From IMG/VR virus record IMGVR_UViG_3300031964_000018: 64,000 nt of DNA; one strand, given 5' to 3'. A model generated the notes under the pieces. That model did not search any database, had not been told where the DNA came from, and saw only the letters and a list, made by a program, of their open reading frames with translations. Each line of letters begins with the position of its first letter. Positions within the stretch are counted from its first letter, which is position 1. Shown piece by piece: positions 41,196 through 50,281 of this stretch. The translations under genes were made by a program, and so were the position numbers. Origin of the DNA: a virus.

Positions 41196-42217
41196 GATGC
41201 CGTTCTGCCGGTCTTTGCCGAGCGCGCCGTGATGTGTGTAAGATGACCCGACATCCCGAAGTCGTGCTGCACTGTGTCGATCTCGAAGCTCTGATCGAAG
41301 AAGTCAGTTCCGGATAGCGAAAGGCTCATACCAGCTTGCACTGTCGGGTCGCCTACGACGGTTGCCGTCACAGTGAATTCATGTCGAGCCAGCTCATTCG
41401 CTCGCGACTTGGCGTGCTGCGTGACGTGATCCATCTCGCTGTTCGGGATGTTGTAGGTGTATGGCTTCGGTCCACCTGGACCAGGAACGTTGGTCGTGTA
41501 CGAGAACACTTCCTTCTTCTTCGGGTGCCAAGACTTCACGGTCGCCGTGATTCCCTTGCCAGCCTGGATGTTTCTCCGAACGACTAACTGCACGCAGTCA
41601 GATGAGATCGGCTGCACATCCTGATTGACCATGATCGAATAGGAACCGACCGACGTGCCGATCGGCGCATAGTTGAAGTTACCATTCGGATCGACCCACC
41701 ACTTGTTGCCGTCGAACTGCGCAAGCTTGTGGATGGCATAGGCGAGAGTCACGTTGTCAGTTAGGTGAACGTAGTCTTGCTGCAATTGCTTGCCGGCCAT
41801 CAACGAGGAGGCCGTTACGTTGCCGCTCAACCCGACGCGCCCCGCGAGGGTAGTCACGATGTCGCTTGGCTTTTGGTTGAGAAACTTCTCTGACGTCTTA
41901 GTGTCGTGAAGCTTGGCCGACTTGTCTCGACCTGAGAATTGAATGATGCGTTGGATGAAGTCGTAGCTTACGGAGTCGAGTTCTCCGGTGACTAGGGTTG
42001 CGGTCTGACCGCGCGTCGTGCAGGAGATGCTCGCCTGGTTGTCTCCGAGATTGGAGAGCGCTTCGGATGCACCAGGATACGACATCGGGATCGCGCCAGA
42101 GAACGACGAGCTGTGGCGCTTGGCTTGTTGTGAAACAGATCCGTGCTCGATCGGGAGCGACGACCCATTGACTATCAGCTCCGCGTGATGCGGACCCCAT
42201 CCAGATGTGATAGCCAT
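41192..42217 (-). CDS. Late control gene D / Mu gp44-like baseplate hub protein (341 aa)
   Basis: Size and position (U-X-D-V order). Confidence 0.6.
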   Translation of the reverse strand: MAITSGWGPHHAELIVNGSSLPIEHGSVSQQAKRHSSSFSGAIPMSYPGASEALSNLGDNQASISCTTRGQTATLVTGELDSVSYDFIQRIIQFSGRDKSAKLHDTKTSEKFLNQKPSDIVTTLAGRVGLSGNVTASSLMAGKQLQQDYVHLTDNVTLAYAIHKLAQFDGNKWWVDPNGNFNYAPIGTSVGSYSIMVNQDVQPISSDCVQLVVRRNIQAGKGITATVKSWHPKKKEVFSYTTNVPGPGGPKPYTYNIPNSEMDHVTQHAKSRANELARHEFTVTATVVGDPTVQAGMSLSLSGTDFFDQSFEIDTVQHDFGMSGHLTHITARSAKTGRTAS

Positions 42218-42218
42218 C

Positions 42219-42440
42219 TTAGAAGCCGAGTATCCCGGTCTGAACTCCGCTCGGAAGAATGGGGGGGATCAGGATCGTTTCCTGGGCAATGATCCACGGA
42301 TCGGTCATGCCATTGAGCTGCGCGATAGCAACCCACTGCAGAGGATCGCCCGTCTCCATCATCGCGATACGAAACAGATTCGTAGATGAGACTCGCAACA
42401 CCTTCGCTGGGATCGTGGCGGCAATGAATTCTGCTGCCAT
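42219..42440 (-). CDS. Tail protein X-like (LysM-like) protein (73 aa)
   Basis: Internal ATG. The segment GDPLQWVAIAQLNGMTDPW...ILIP resembles gpX/LysM. Confidence 0.55.
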   Translation of the reverse strand: MAAEFIAATIPAKVLRVSSTNLFRIAMMETGDPLQWVAIAQLNGMTDPWIIAQETILIPPILPSGVQTGILGF

Positions 42441-42751
42441 TATAGTTGATCCAGGTTGGATGCGACTCGGCCGACGACGCCGCGCGAGAACGACAGGTTG
42501 TTTTGATCTACGGCAGCGCAGACGACGGCATCGAAACCGGAGACAATGCTTTTGGGATCCACAGGAGCTACCCACGTATCGAGTGTGTTGGTGGCTGTCA
42601 GGGCAGTCTGAATGTCGTTGACGAGGTTGCCGGCGTTGAGCTGCATCGCCTTAATTGTTGCGAATGGAGCGTTGTTGATAGGTGTCGCGGCAGCCACCTG
42701 GGCCTGAAGGAACGCCAGCTCTGACGTGATGTTGGATGGAATTGTCATCAT
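42440..42751 (-). CDS. Hypothetical tail-module protein (103 aa)
   Basis: The internal ATG overlaps the upstream stop (TAATG). Confidence 0.5.
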   Translation of the reverse strand: MMTIPSNITSELAFLQAQVAAATPINNAPFATIKAMQLNAGNLVNDIQTALTATNTLDTWVAPVDPKSIVSGFDAVVCAAVDQNNLSFSRGVVGRVASNLDQL

Positions 42752-43191
42752 TAACCCAGTGAGCTGACGGCGGAAGAGAGATCGGATGCGATCATCGAGT
42801 CGATTGACGATGCGATGCCGCCAAGGATACCGAGAGCGGGGTTCTGATAGACGGTGCAGGAGATCGAATACTCCACCCATACAGGCATGCGTCTTACGTG
42901 ATAGATGAAGTTGTCGATGATCACGGATCGAAATTGTCCGCCCCATGTCAACGGAATTACCTGGCCCGCGGCACGCATGCCGTCGAGCGCCAATGCGTTT
43001 GAATAGGAATTGTTGCCAAAGAACTCTCCCGACCAAACCACGTTGGCTTCGTCTGGGCCCAGCGTATCGATGACGCGGCTGCCACCAGGAAGTTTGTGGA
43101 CGACCATCGCCTGGTTTCCGCCGCCCATCATCTTGTTTGGTGTGGAGAATCCGTCGAAGGAAATCCCGCCGAGCGTTAGAATGTCGGCCAT
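42751..43191 (-). CDS. Tail protein gpU-like (146 aa)
   Basis: It follows the tape-measure gene. The N-terminus (LTLGGISFDGFSTP...) and the size resemble P2 gpU. Confidence 0.55.
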   Translation of the reverse strand: MADILTLGGISFDGFSTPNKMMGGGNQAMVVHKLPGGSRVIDTLGPDEANVVWSGEFFGNNSYSNALALDGMRAAGQVIPLTWGGQFRSVIIDNFIYHVRRMPVWVEYSISCTVYQNPALGILGGIASSIDSMIASDLSSAVSSLG

Positions 43192-43291
43192 TGCAATCCT
43201 AACCTAGTGACAGTATGTTGTTGATGGTTTGGGGACAGGTCCATTACTTATCTGCCAGAAATGGCCAAACATTCGGTGCCCTGTCCCCAAA

Positions 43292-45208
43292 CTACTTGTC
43301 TGAGTGCTGGGCGACACCACCCTGATGCTCGCTGAGTCCATCGAAGGCTGGTGCTTGACCGTCGAAGGAGTTTGCGCCGATGTTCATTAGGACTCGTCCA
43401 AGGACTGAGCCATCGATCGCAAAACTGATTGCAAGAGGAGTTGGCGGCGGTGGTGCTCTCCTGGATGGGTCGTTCTTGTCTCCAGGCTCTGGCGCACGCT
43501 TCAGGAGGTTGCGTAGTTCTTCAGCTACCTCAGGAGTGTGTTTGGAAGACAGGTTGCCATTCATGTATTGCTCGGCTACGCCGCCGACGCCGCCTATGAC
43601 TCCGCCAGCTACAGCACCTGCCAGCGTGCCTACACCTGGGATGACAGATCCACCGAGCGCTCCGATACCAGCGCCCTCTAAAACTCTCGCACCAATCGTG
43701 GCGCCGACGGGCCCTTTACCTTCAGCCCCCGGAACAAGATTGCGTAGTCCTTCGATGACGCTCTTAAAATTACCCAGAGCTATATTGACTGCCGGGAGTG
43801 TCGACTTGGCCAAGTCCATCATAGTGATGTTGAAGTCGGCGATGGCCGTTCTGGCATCCTGAACCGTAGATCCCTCGAGATACTTCTGGGAGAATGTGGA
43901 GTATCTGTTGGCGAACTCCGGAGAGTCCTTTTCACGCTTGAGATTTTGTACCTGTTCGCGCACAGCCGGATCCGCCAGCATAGCAAAGCCGCCACCCCCC
44001 TGTGCGCCGAACAACGCACGCTCATAGGCCGCACGCTTCTCGACAGGGATGGACGCGGCTTTCCCGCCAGCGATGTCCAACATCTTGAACAGGTCAGGCT
44101 TATTGTCTGTGAACCAGGTCGGTTTGTGTTGTTTGTCTACAAGACCGAACGCCTTCAGCGCCTCTTCGTGCTTCTTGAATGCGATCTTCGACATCATCGA
44201 AGTACCCGGCATAGAACGGATCGCCATCTCGCGGAGCCACGTACCGGACTTGGTATTCGTTGCGCCGGCGCGCGTCAGTGCTGTGCCGAGCAGCAGGGTA
44301 TCCATCGGGTCGATTTCAAGACCAGACTGTAGGAGTGGTACTGCGTACGATGCAGCTCGCTCCATCGATCCGAGAGAAGACGGGTTAGCTGTCGACAGGA
44401 AGGCGAACGCCGGAGCCAGCTTCTTGATAGCTTCCGGAGAATACTGCTTGGTCATATGCGCTAGACCGATCAGAGCCCGCATCGACTCTTCTGGACTCTC
44501 TCCCTTCAGTCGCGACTCTATCGTTGCCGCGCGCAGCATCTCCGGCAGCACGTCAAGACCGCCGCCAGGAGTACCCTGAAACATCCTGATTTCTTGCTTG
44601 GCTGACTCCGAAATGTCTTTCAGGCCGTATCCGGACTCGAGCATGGAGTCCTGAAGTATCTTGCGGAATTTACCGCGGTTCTCTTCGTTCTGCTCTTTGC
44701 CGGAATGATAGATGAGCTGGAAGACGGCGTCCTCCATCTCTGCTGCTTCATAGATGCCGTAGCCCAAGGCACCAGCTCCAGCCATAGCCGCTCCGCCGGT
44801 ACGGATGTGCCCGCCACCAGGGATCGGAGCGCCTGGACCAGAGATATGAGAACCACCACCGAGCCAACCTGGACGACCGCGGCGACCGCGGGCAGCAGCG
44901 CCACCGGCCCCGACCGCACCAGCTCCACCTCCACCGGCAGCCGAAGCCCTAGTAGCTCCTCCGATAGCCGTGCGTGCAAGTCTGGCATTGGTGGCCACGT
45001 CACCCCAAGCCTTCGCTAATGCTCCTGTCTCTGCCGTGGCGCTACCGAGGCTAACCGCAGAGAACGACTTGCCAATGAGGGCAAGACTTTCGCTCGCCTT
45101 AGCTACTGCTCTGTTGAGCGCACGTACCTGCTTCAGGATCTCAGCGAGAGCCGGCGAGGCTTCGTTGATGATCTTGAATACGGCTCCGACTTCGAATGTG
45201 GTGATCAT
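43292..45208 (-). CDS. Tail tape-measure protein (638 aa)
   Basis: Long and helical with Gly/Ala-rich segments. It lies downstream of the frameshifted chaperone pair. Confidence 0.8.
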   Translation of the reverse strand: MITTFEVGAVFKIINEASPALAEILKQVRALNRAVAKASESLALIGKSFSAVSLGSATAETGALAKAWGDVATNARLARTAIGGATRASAAGGGGAGAVGAGGAAARGRRGRPGWLGGGSHISGPGAPIPGGGHIRTGGAAMAGAGALGYGIYEAAEMEDAVFQLIYHSGKEQNEENRGKFRKILQDSMLESGYGLKDISESAKQEIRMFQGTPGGGLDVLPEMLRAATIESRLKGESPEESMRALIGLAHMTKQYSPEAIKKLAPAFAFLSTANPSSLGSMERAASYAVPLLQSGLEIDPMDTLLLGTALTRAGATNTKSGTWLREMAIRSMPGTSMMSKIAFKKHEEALKAFGLVDKQHKPTWFTDNKPDLFKMLDIAGGKAASIPVEKRAAYERALFGAQGGGGFAMLADPAVREQVQNLKREKDSPEFANRYSTFSQKYLEGSTVQDARTAIADFNITMMDLAKSTLPAVNIALGNFKSVIEGLRNLVPGAEGKGPVGATIGARVLEGAGIGALGGSVIPGVGTLAGAVAGGVIGGVGGVAEQYMNGNLSSKHTPEVAEELRNLLKRAPEPGDKNDPSRRAPPPPTPLAISFAIDGSVLGRVLMNIGANSFDGQAPAFDGLSEHQGGVAQHSDK

Positions 45209-45648
45209 GGCTTGCCCATCAGTAGCGACACAGCCAGTTCACCGAACATCTTCTCGGCGTAAGGAAGTGCCTCTGTCATTGCGATTTCGCACACTGGTCG
45301 CGGTGGAATGCTGTGCGTTCCATTAACGGTGCCGACCTCTTGCCAGAGTGCTTTTAGCTCCGGAGATCCGACGATGAGCGAGAGTGCTGGGACATCGACT
45401 TCCTTCTTGTAGGAGTCCGCCATCTCTCCGGTCCGCTTCAGCGGCGACGGCACGGGAAAGCCCTTACTTGTCTTGTCGTCGATTGTAGCTTCGGCGAGTT
45501 GTTCCCATCCTGTCTGGTAATGGCCGGGTATCTCGTGCGCCCTGATCTCGGTGATGGTGCCTACTTTTTCCAATCCCATCCCAAGCCTCGGCACCACCGT
45601 CTTCAGTGATGCCGCCAAGGTGGCTTCGAGTTGAGCTAGAGACATCAT
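45205..45648 (-). CDS. Hypothetical protein (147 aa) between the chaperone and tape-measure genes
   Basis: The ATG at 45648 forms an ATGA overlap with the stop of the -1 frameshift extension. The track ORF starts at the GTG at 45663. Confidence 0.55.
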   Translation of the reverse strand: MMSLAQLEATLAASLKTVVPRLGMGLEKVGTITEIRAHEIPGHYQTGWEQLAEATIDDKTSKGFPVPSPLKRTGEMADSYKKEVDVPALSLIVGSPELKALWQEVGTVNGTHSIPPRPVCEIAMTEALPYAEKMFGELAVSLLMGKP

Positions 45649-46171
45649 CTTCTTGGGAACCACTTCATGTTGCCCCAGTCGTACTCACCGCCGTTATTTT
45701 CTCCGTCCGCTATTATCCAAGCGAGAACGAAGTCATCATCGGCGGCGAAGGCAGCATCGAAGGGAATGTTTCCGCTACAGGCAGCGACCCGCAATTTGAA
45801 CGCGGGCCGCTTACTTAGTTTTTTGATGCGTCGACCGAGCTGTCTTGTTCGCCTAGTTTCTTGAGTGCTTCACCGACGGCAGCGATGCCATCGAAGTCTA
45901 GTTGCTGGATCAGAAATTCGATCTCGGCCTCAGATGAAGGAGGGGCAACGTGGGTCGCGTCGATCTTCTTGACCGACGAAACGAGGACGGCGAGATCCAT
46001 ACTGGCCGGGTTGCTCGAGTTCACACCCATAGCTTTGGTCAAGCGATAAAACTGCAAAGCGTTGAGCCTGTTAACCGTAATCAACCGCCCTCGAGAATCA
46101 GTGGCTGATGCCGTGTCAAGCATTTTTGTTAGCGTTTCGGTTGCAGTCTCGGTAGAATTCGCTTTGGTCAT
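45645..46171 (-). CDS. Tail assembly chaperone -1 frameshift fusion product (gpE+E' / gpGT-like)
   Basis: The slippery heptamer A_AAA_AAC is at 45818-45824. The -1 frame then stays open for 57 codons (KKLSKRPAFKLRVAACSGNIPFDAAFAADDDFVLAWIIADGENNGGEYDWGNMKWFPRR) to the TGA at 45645-45647. Confidence 0.7.
45815..46171 (-). CDS. Tail assembly chaperone, gpE/gpG-like (118 aa)
   Basis: The position fits, and the gene ends ...GAC GCA TCA AAA AAC TAA with a slippery heptamer before the stop. Confidence 0.7.
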   Translation of the reverse strand: MTKANSTETATETLTKMLDTASATDSRGRLITVNRLNALQFYRLTKAMGVNSSNPASMDLAVLVSSVKKIDATHVAPPSSEAEIEFLIQQLDFDGIAAVGEALKKLGEQDSSVDASKN

Positions 46172-46215
46172 GACGGTCCTATGCTGTACGGGTGAGTGAA
46201 CGGAGGAACTGAAAA

Positions 46216-46533
46216 ATGGCAGTAACGGTGAGCACCCCGGCTGGAGACGGAAGCTTCGTCACGCGGAAGTTGAAGTTGTGGGAGCGCATATCCTCGGCGG
46301 GGCGCGTCGTGTGCGTTGCCACTGCCGTTGTTTTCTGGTGCGTCTGGATGTATTTTGTTGAGCAGCCGTGGTGGAATTGGAGCGAGCGATGGCTCGAATT
46401 CCTGCTCGGCTTCTTCGTCTATTGGCTGGTGATGAGGACAGTTCTGCTCGGGTTATTCCCGCGCAAATTCCCTACGGCGCCATCGTCGCCGGATCAAACG
46501 CCGTTGCCGCCGTCGGGCTCGCATTATCTCTAG
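46216..46533 (+). CDS. Plus-strand moron: membrane protein (105 aa, 2 predicted helices) embedded in the minus-strand tail module
   Basis: A GGAGGA Shine-Dalgarno sequence lies 8 nt upstream of the ATG. GC3 is high and there are two hydrophobic segments. Its 3' end overlaps the 3' end of ORF 46472-47272 convergently by 62 nt. Confidence 0.6.
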   Translation: MAVTVSTPAGDGSFVTRKLKLWERISSAGRVVCVATAVVFWCVWMYFVEQPWWNWSERWLEFLLGFFVYWLVMRTVLLGLFPRKFPTAPSSPDQTPLPPSGSHYL

Positions 46534-47272
46534 CCGCGAAGCCAGCCTTGCGCCGCGCAAGCTCTCTGCCCCAACCCGCCTCAAAGCTCTCATGCGTCTG
46601 TTGACCGTGCATCCCAGGATACGGATTGCCTGAGATATTCGTCATGGCGTGATTGGTATAGAAACCCAGACCCTGCTGGTGCATCATGTACAGTTCGGTG
46701 TCGGTCGGATCTCTACCGAAATGAGATTTGAACTGCGCGCGGTTAGCATCGAACATCCGAGCAGCACCCATCGCGTTGTCGTGCGCCGAGTAGATGTTAC
46801 CGCCATCTCCGAACCGATCCCATTCATTGTGACCGACCTGGTAGAGACCCTTGTACTGGGTCGAGCGATTGGCGTTGCTCGACGGGTTCATCGAACTCTC
46901 GATCGAGGCAATCCCGCGCATGGTGTTGACGTCAAGGTTGTGAGCCTTGGAAGCATCAACGATCGCCTGGTCGGTCTCTGCAGTCCCTTGACGGAACGTA
47001 GAGCTTGGACCGCTCGACGGTGCGTACTCTTTGCCGGGCGCGTGATGATGACCGTATCGAATGCTGTTGTGCTTGTGATCTTCCGGAGTTGGATCCGGAT
47101 GATGAACTCCACCACCGTGATGACCACCGAGGTGACTGCTCTCGCCCTGCCCTGCTCTACCTTCCGGCGTGTAGCCATCGAGATCTGGAGTGAACTGGTC
47201 GACGTCGTCACCGCGATCCATGGTAATGACGCCGACCTTCATTCCGCTACAGGTGATGACTCCGATTTGCAT
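46472..47272 (-). CDS. Virion-associated lytic transglycosylase-like protein with a His-rich N-terminal region (266 aa)
   Basis: SLT-like segment MRGIASIESSMNP...YKGLYQ. The ATG overlaps the tail-tube stop (TAATG). Confidence 0.6.
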   Translation of the reverse strand: MQIGVITCSGMKVGVITMDRGDDVDQFTPDLDGYTPEGRAGQGESSHLGGHHGGGVHHPDPTPEDHKHNSIRYGHHHAPGKEYAPSSGPSSTFRQGTAETDQAIVDASKAHNLDVNTMRGIASIESSMNPSSNANRSTQYKGLYQVGHNEWDRFGDGGNIYSAHDNAMGAARMFDANRAQFKSHFGRDPTDTELYMMHQQGLGFYTNHAMTNISGNPYPGMHGQQTHESFEAGWGRELARRKAGFAARDNASPTAATAFDPATMAP

Positions 47273-47709
47273 TACGCAATCGTTACCTTATCCGACGCCA
47301 TAGCCTCGAGCGAGAGGCTGACAACCTTGTCGCGGCTGATGTCGCCGTGGCTGTTCAGAAACACCACGAGGTTGGTGTACTGATATCGGCTGACGGTGCC
47401 GTCGGGGTTGTTGATCGTTTCGTTCAGGTAGCCAGGCGCCATGACGTTGCCGGCGTTGAAGTTCGTACTGAACGTCACCATCAGATCTTCGAGCACAGAT
47501 CCGTTGCGCGTGATGGTGAAGTCGATCTTGTAGCCGTCGGGAACGTAGCCGAACCGAGGCAACTGATTGTACGGCGAAGATTTGATGTCGTGCTTGAGCG
47601 CGGTGATCTTGACGTCTTGAACGTCACCGAGAGTAATCAGACTCCCCGAGTTCGAGTCGTAGTAGGTGATCGAATAATCGACGCCTACGTTCATTCCATT
47701 GACGGGCAT
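47272..47709 (-). CDS. Tail tube protein (145 aa)
   Basis: It lies immediately downstream of the sheath gene, and size and composition are typical. Confidence 0.7.
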   Translation of the reverse strand: MPVNGMNVGVDYSITYYDSNSGSLITLGDVQDVKITALKHDIKSSPYNQLPRFGYVPDGYKIDFTITRNGSVLEDLMVTFSTNFNAGNVMAPGYLNETINNPDGTVSRYQYTNLVVFLNSHGDISRDKVVSLSLEAMASDKVTIA

Positions 47710-47721
47710 TTAGGCATCTCC

Positions 47722-47752
47722 AAAGAAAAAGCCCGCCGTGTTAGGGCGGGCT
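47722..47752 (-). terminator. Intrinsic terminator/attenuator between the sheath and tube genes
   Basis: The minus strand reads AGCCCGCC-CTAACAC-GGCGGGCT followed by TTTTCTTTGG. Confidence 0.7.
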
Positions 47753-47777
47753 CTGAAAGGCTGATTGGGGTGAAGGA

Positions 47778-50072
47778 TTACGAGGTTGCGGTAGCCGTGT
47801 TCGCCGTGGCCGCGAACTGCGACGGCGTCGGCTGCGTGCTCTGAACGGTTACGGTGACATTGCCGCCGCCCTGGAATTTCACCACGAAGTATCGGATGAC
47901 GTTCAGGTAGCGAACCTGCCAATAGAGGAACAGGTAACCGAGAGCCTGCAGGCTCGGCGGGTTGTTATTGAGATCGCACTGGACCACCCACGGCTTGTCG
48001 ATGATGCCTTGGCCGTTGATGCCGATACCAACCTGCGAAGATGCAAGCTGTGCCGACAGCCCGTCGAACAGGGACTTGGCATTGGAGCGAGTCTGATCGT
48101 TCGGCTGGATCGACTGCAACTGACCGACGAATGACCCTGCCGCCTTCGACTGAGAAGTACGGATCAGGAAGTTCGTCATGCGGGTGTACTCGATACCGTT
48201 CGCCGCGGTGTTCGAGCTGGCGTTGCGGCCGGTAGCGAACGAGTAGTAATAGCCACCGGGTGAAGAGTTCGGCGACAGGATCGTATCGATGCCGCCTGTG
48301 TTGATCAGAGACAGCTCAGTGTCGCTGTAAGTCTGACCAAGCGTCGCACGCTGCGTCGAGGAGATGCCCTGCAGCGGCTTGTTCAGCGGGGACTCCTGCG
48401 GGGACAGATTACCGATGATCCCGAGACCAATGGCCGAGGAATTGATCAGTCGCGTCTGACCGTTGTAGCTGTCGTACCACGACGGATAGTCGCCGAGGAT
48501 GAACCAGAACCACGGGCTGTCGACGCCGGCATTGATGCGGGTATTGAGACAGTTCTGGATCGTGTCACCTGACGGCGAAGCGAACACCGGAAGCATCGTC
48601 TCGCTCAAGCCGAAGGATACGATCGCCGCATAGTCCGCGATGGTCGAGAGATCGCAGAGAGTGAAGCCGTCGCAGTTCGAATTGCGGAGAGCATACATGC
48701 CCTTGCGAGGCACGATGTCCTGACCCATCAAGGTGGCATCGGTGACGCCGGCAGCGCCATCCGTACCTCCAGAGAGAACCAGCGGAGACGACAGCGTCGG
48801 GATTGCGACACCGGTTCCTACCGATGCGATCACATAGGCGGACGGACCGTGATACGGCGTGCCGTTGTTGATCGCGTTGGTCAGGTTGGTCCAGAAGGTG
48901 TTGCCAGTGCCGACGCCGCCCGTGAAGGCTGCACCGGAAATCACCAAGGTCGTCGATGACTTGGCGAGGGTCAGCGAGTTGCCGGCCGCGCCAACCACCT
49001 GGTTGATGTTGGCGGTCAACGTAACGATGCTTCCCTGCACCGACTGGTTGACCTTGATCAGGTTGGAGTCGGTCGAAGCCGACAAGAACGAGATCAGGTT
49101 AGCGATCGTGATTGCCTGGGTCGCACCGATCTGCACCTGATTGCCCGTCGGAGTCGCGGTCACGAAGGTGACGACGGTGCCGGCGATCGTCACGGTGTCG
49201 GAGTTCGCCGGGTTCCCGGTGAAGGAGACGGTGGCGGTCGCGGGAGTTGCGGCTGCAATGTTGTTGAACTGCTCCGGAACCATGCCGGGGAATACGACGA
49301 CAGCCATATAGGTGTTGGCCATCGTGCCGTTCTGGATCGAGAACTGGATCTTGTTGCCGAGGACGCCGCTGTACTTGCCAGAGATCGTCATACAAGCAGC
49401 GCCGCCAGCGGAGCCGCCGGTCAGCGTGGCGCCAGACAGCGTGATCGAGGTCGAAGACTTGGCGAGCGTCAGTGCGTTGCCGGCGGTGCCCGAGGTCACG
49501 GCCACCAGGTTCAGTACGAAGCCCTGCAGCGCGTAGGCGAACTTCACCAACTGGCTGTCGGCAGATGCCTGCAGCATCGTGATCAGGTTCTGAAGGGTCA
49601 AGGCAAGGTTGTTGCCGATGTTGACCTGGAGAGCCGACGCACCGGAAGCAACGAACGTGACAATGCTTCCGTTGATCGTCAGGGTGTCGTTGACGGATGG
49701 ATTGGTCGTGAAGGCCGCAGAACCAACCGCGAAGGCAGCGCCGGACTGGATCTGCGAGAACGCAGCGGTATCCGTGCCGTCCGAGACGCGAACGCCCAGG
49801 AAGCCGATCGCCCCGCCGACCTGGCTGGCTGCCGACAAATAGGACGAGATGTCGTACGGACGGATGACGGGCGGCCCGATGTTCAGCGCAGCATCCTGCG
49901 GCTTACTCATCGGGATCAGAGCATTCAGCGGGCCCCAGCTACCGACGCCGACCAGACCTTCGATATTCGTGGGCTGGCCGAGCAGCAACGGAGTCGGAAG
50001 TATAATGTCTCCGTAAACGCCGGGGACGGTTAGGGCCGCAAGATTTTGCTGGCCGTCGAGAAATACAGGCAT
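47778..50072 (-). CDS. Tail sheath protein, enlarged (764 aa) by two copies of an approximately 105-aa insertion domain
   Basis: Conserved sheath-like N- and C-terminal regions. The internal repeats are aa 117-220 (about 49413-49724) and aa 279-387 (about 48912-49238). Confidence 0.8.
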   Translation of the reverse strand: MPVFLDGQQNLAALTVPGVYGDIILPTPLLLGQPTNIEGLVGVGSWGPLNALIPMSKPQDAALNIGPPVIRPYDISSYLSAASQVGGAIGFLGVRVSDGTDTAAFSQIQSGAAFAVGSAAFTTNPSVNDTLTINGSIVTFVASGASALQVNIGNNLALTLQNLITMLQASADSQLVKFAYALQGFVLNLVAVTSGTAGNALTLAKSSTSITLSGATLTGGSAGGAACMTISGKYSGVLGNKIQFSIQNGTMANTYMAVVVFPGMVPEQFNNIAAATPATATVSFTGNPANSDTVTIAGTVVTFVTATPTGNQVQIGATQAITIANLISFLSASTDSNLIKVNQSVQGSIVTLTANINQVVGAAGNSLTLAKSSTTLVISGAAFTGGVGTGNTFWTNLTNAINNGTPYHGPSAYVIASVGTGVAIPTLSSPLVLSGGTDGAAGVTDATLMGQDIVPRKGMYALRNSNCDGFTLCDLSTIADYAAIVSFGLSETMLPVFASPSGDTIQNCLNTRINAGVDSPWFWFILGDYPSWYDSYNGQTRLINSSAIGLGIIGNLSPQESPLNKPLQGISSTQRATLGQTYSDTELSLINTGGIDTILSPNSSPGGYYYSFATGRNASSNTAANGIEYTRMTNFLIRTSQSKAAGSFVGQLQSIQPNDQTRSNAKSLFDGLSAQLASSQVGIGINGQGIIDKPWVVQCDLNNNPPSLQALGYLFLYWQVRYLNVIRYFVVKFQGGGNVTVTVQSTQPTPSQFAATANTATATS

Positions 50073-50083
50073 TTACGTCTCCA

Positions 50084-50111
50084 ATAAAAAAACCCGCCTC
50101 GAAGGGCGGGT
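50084..50111 (-). terminator. Intrinsic terminator upstream of the sheath gene
   Basis: The minus strand reads ACCCGCCC-TTCGA-GGCGGGT followed by TTTTTTTATTGG. Confidence 0.75.
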
Positions 50112-50139
50112 CTGGAAAGGGTTGATTAGTGGAACTGGA

Positions 50140-50271
50140 TTAGAAGGAGGTGATCCGAACGAAGTGATGCTCGCGATCGAGCAGAAGCGTCGCCACTTCA
50201 GCAGCGTCGGTGATCATCGTGCCCTTCTCGTACTTTCCGAAAGGATGAACGCAAATGAGGAAGTAGTTCAT
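50140..50271 (-). CDS. Small hypothetical protein (43 aa)
   Basis: Read by eye: MNYFLICVHPFGKYEKGTMITDAAEVATLLLDREHHFVRITSF. GC3 is about 70%. Preferred over the plus-strand track ORF 50122-50328. Confidence 0.45.
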   Translation of the reverse strand: MNYFLICVHPFGKYEKGTMITDAAEVATLLLDREHHFVRITSF

Positions 50272-50281
50272 GTGATGTGCC

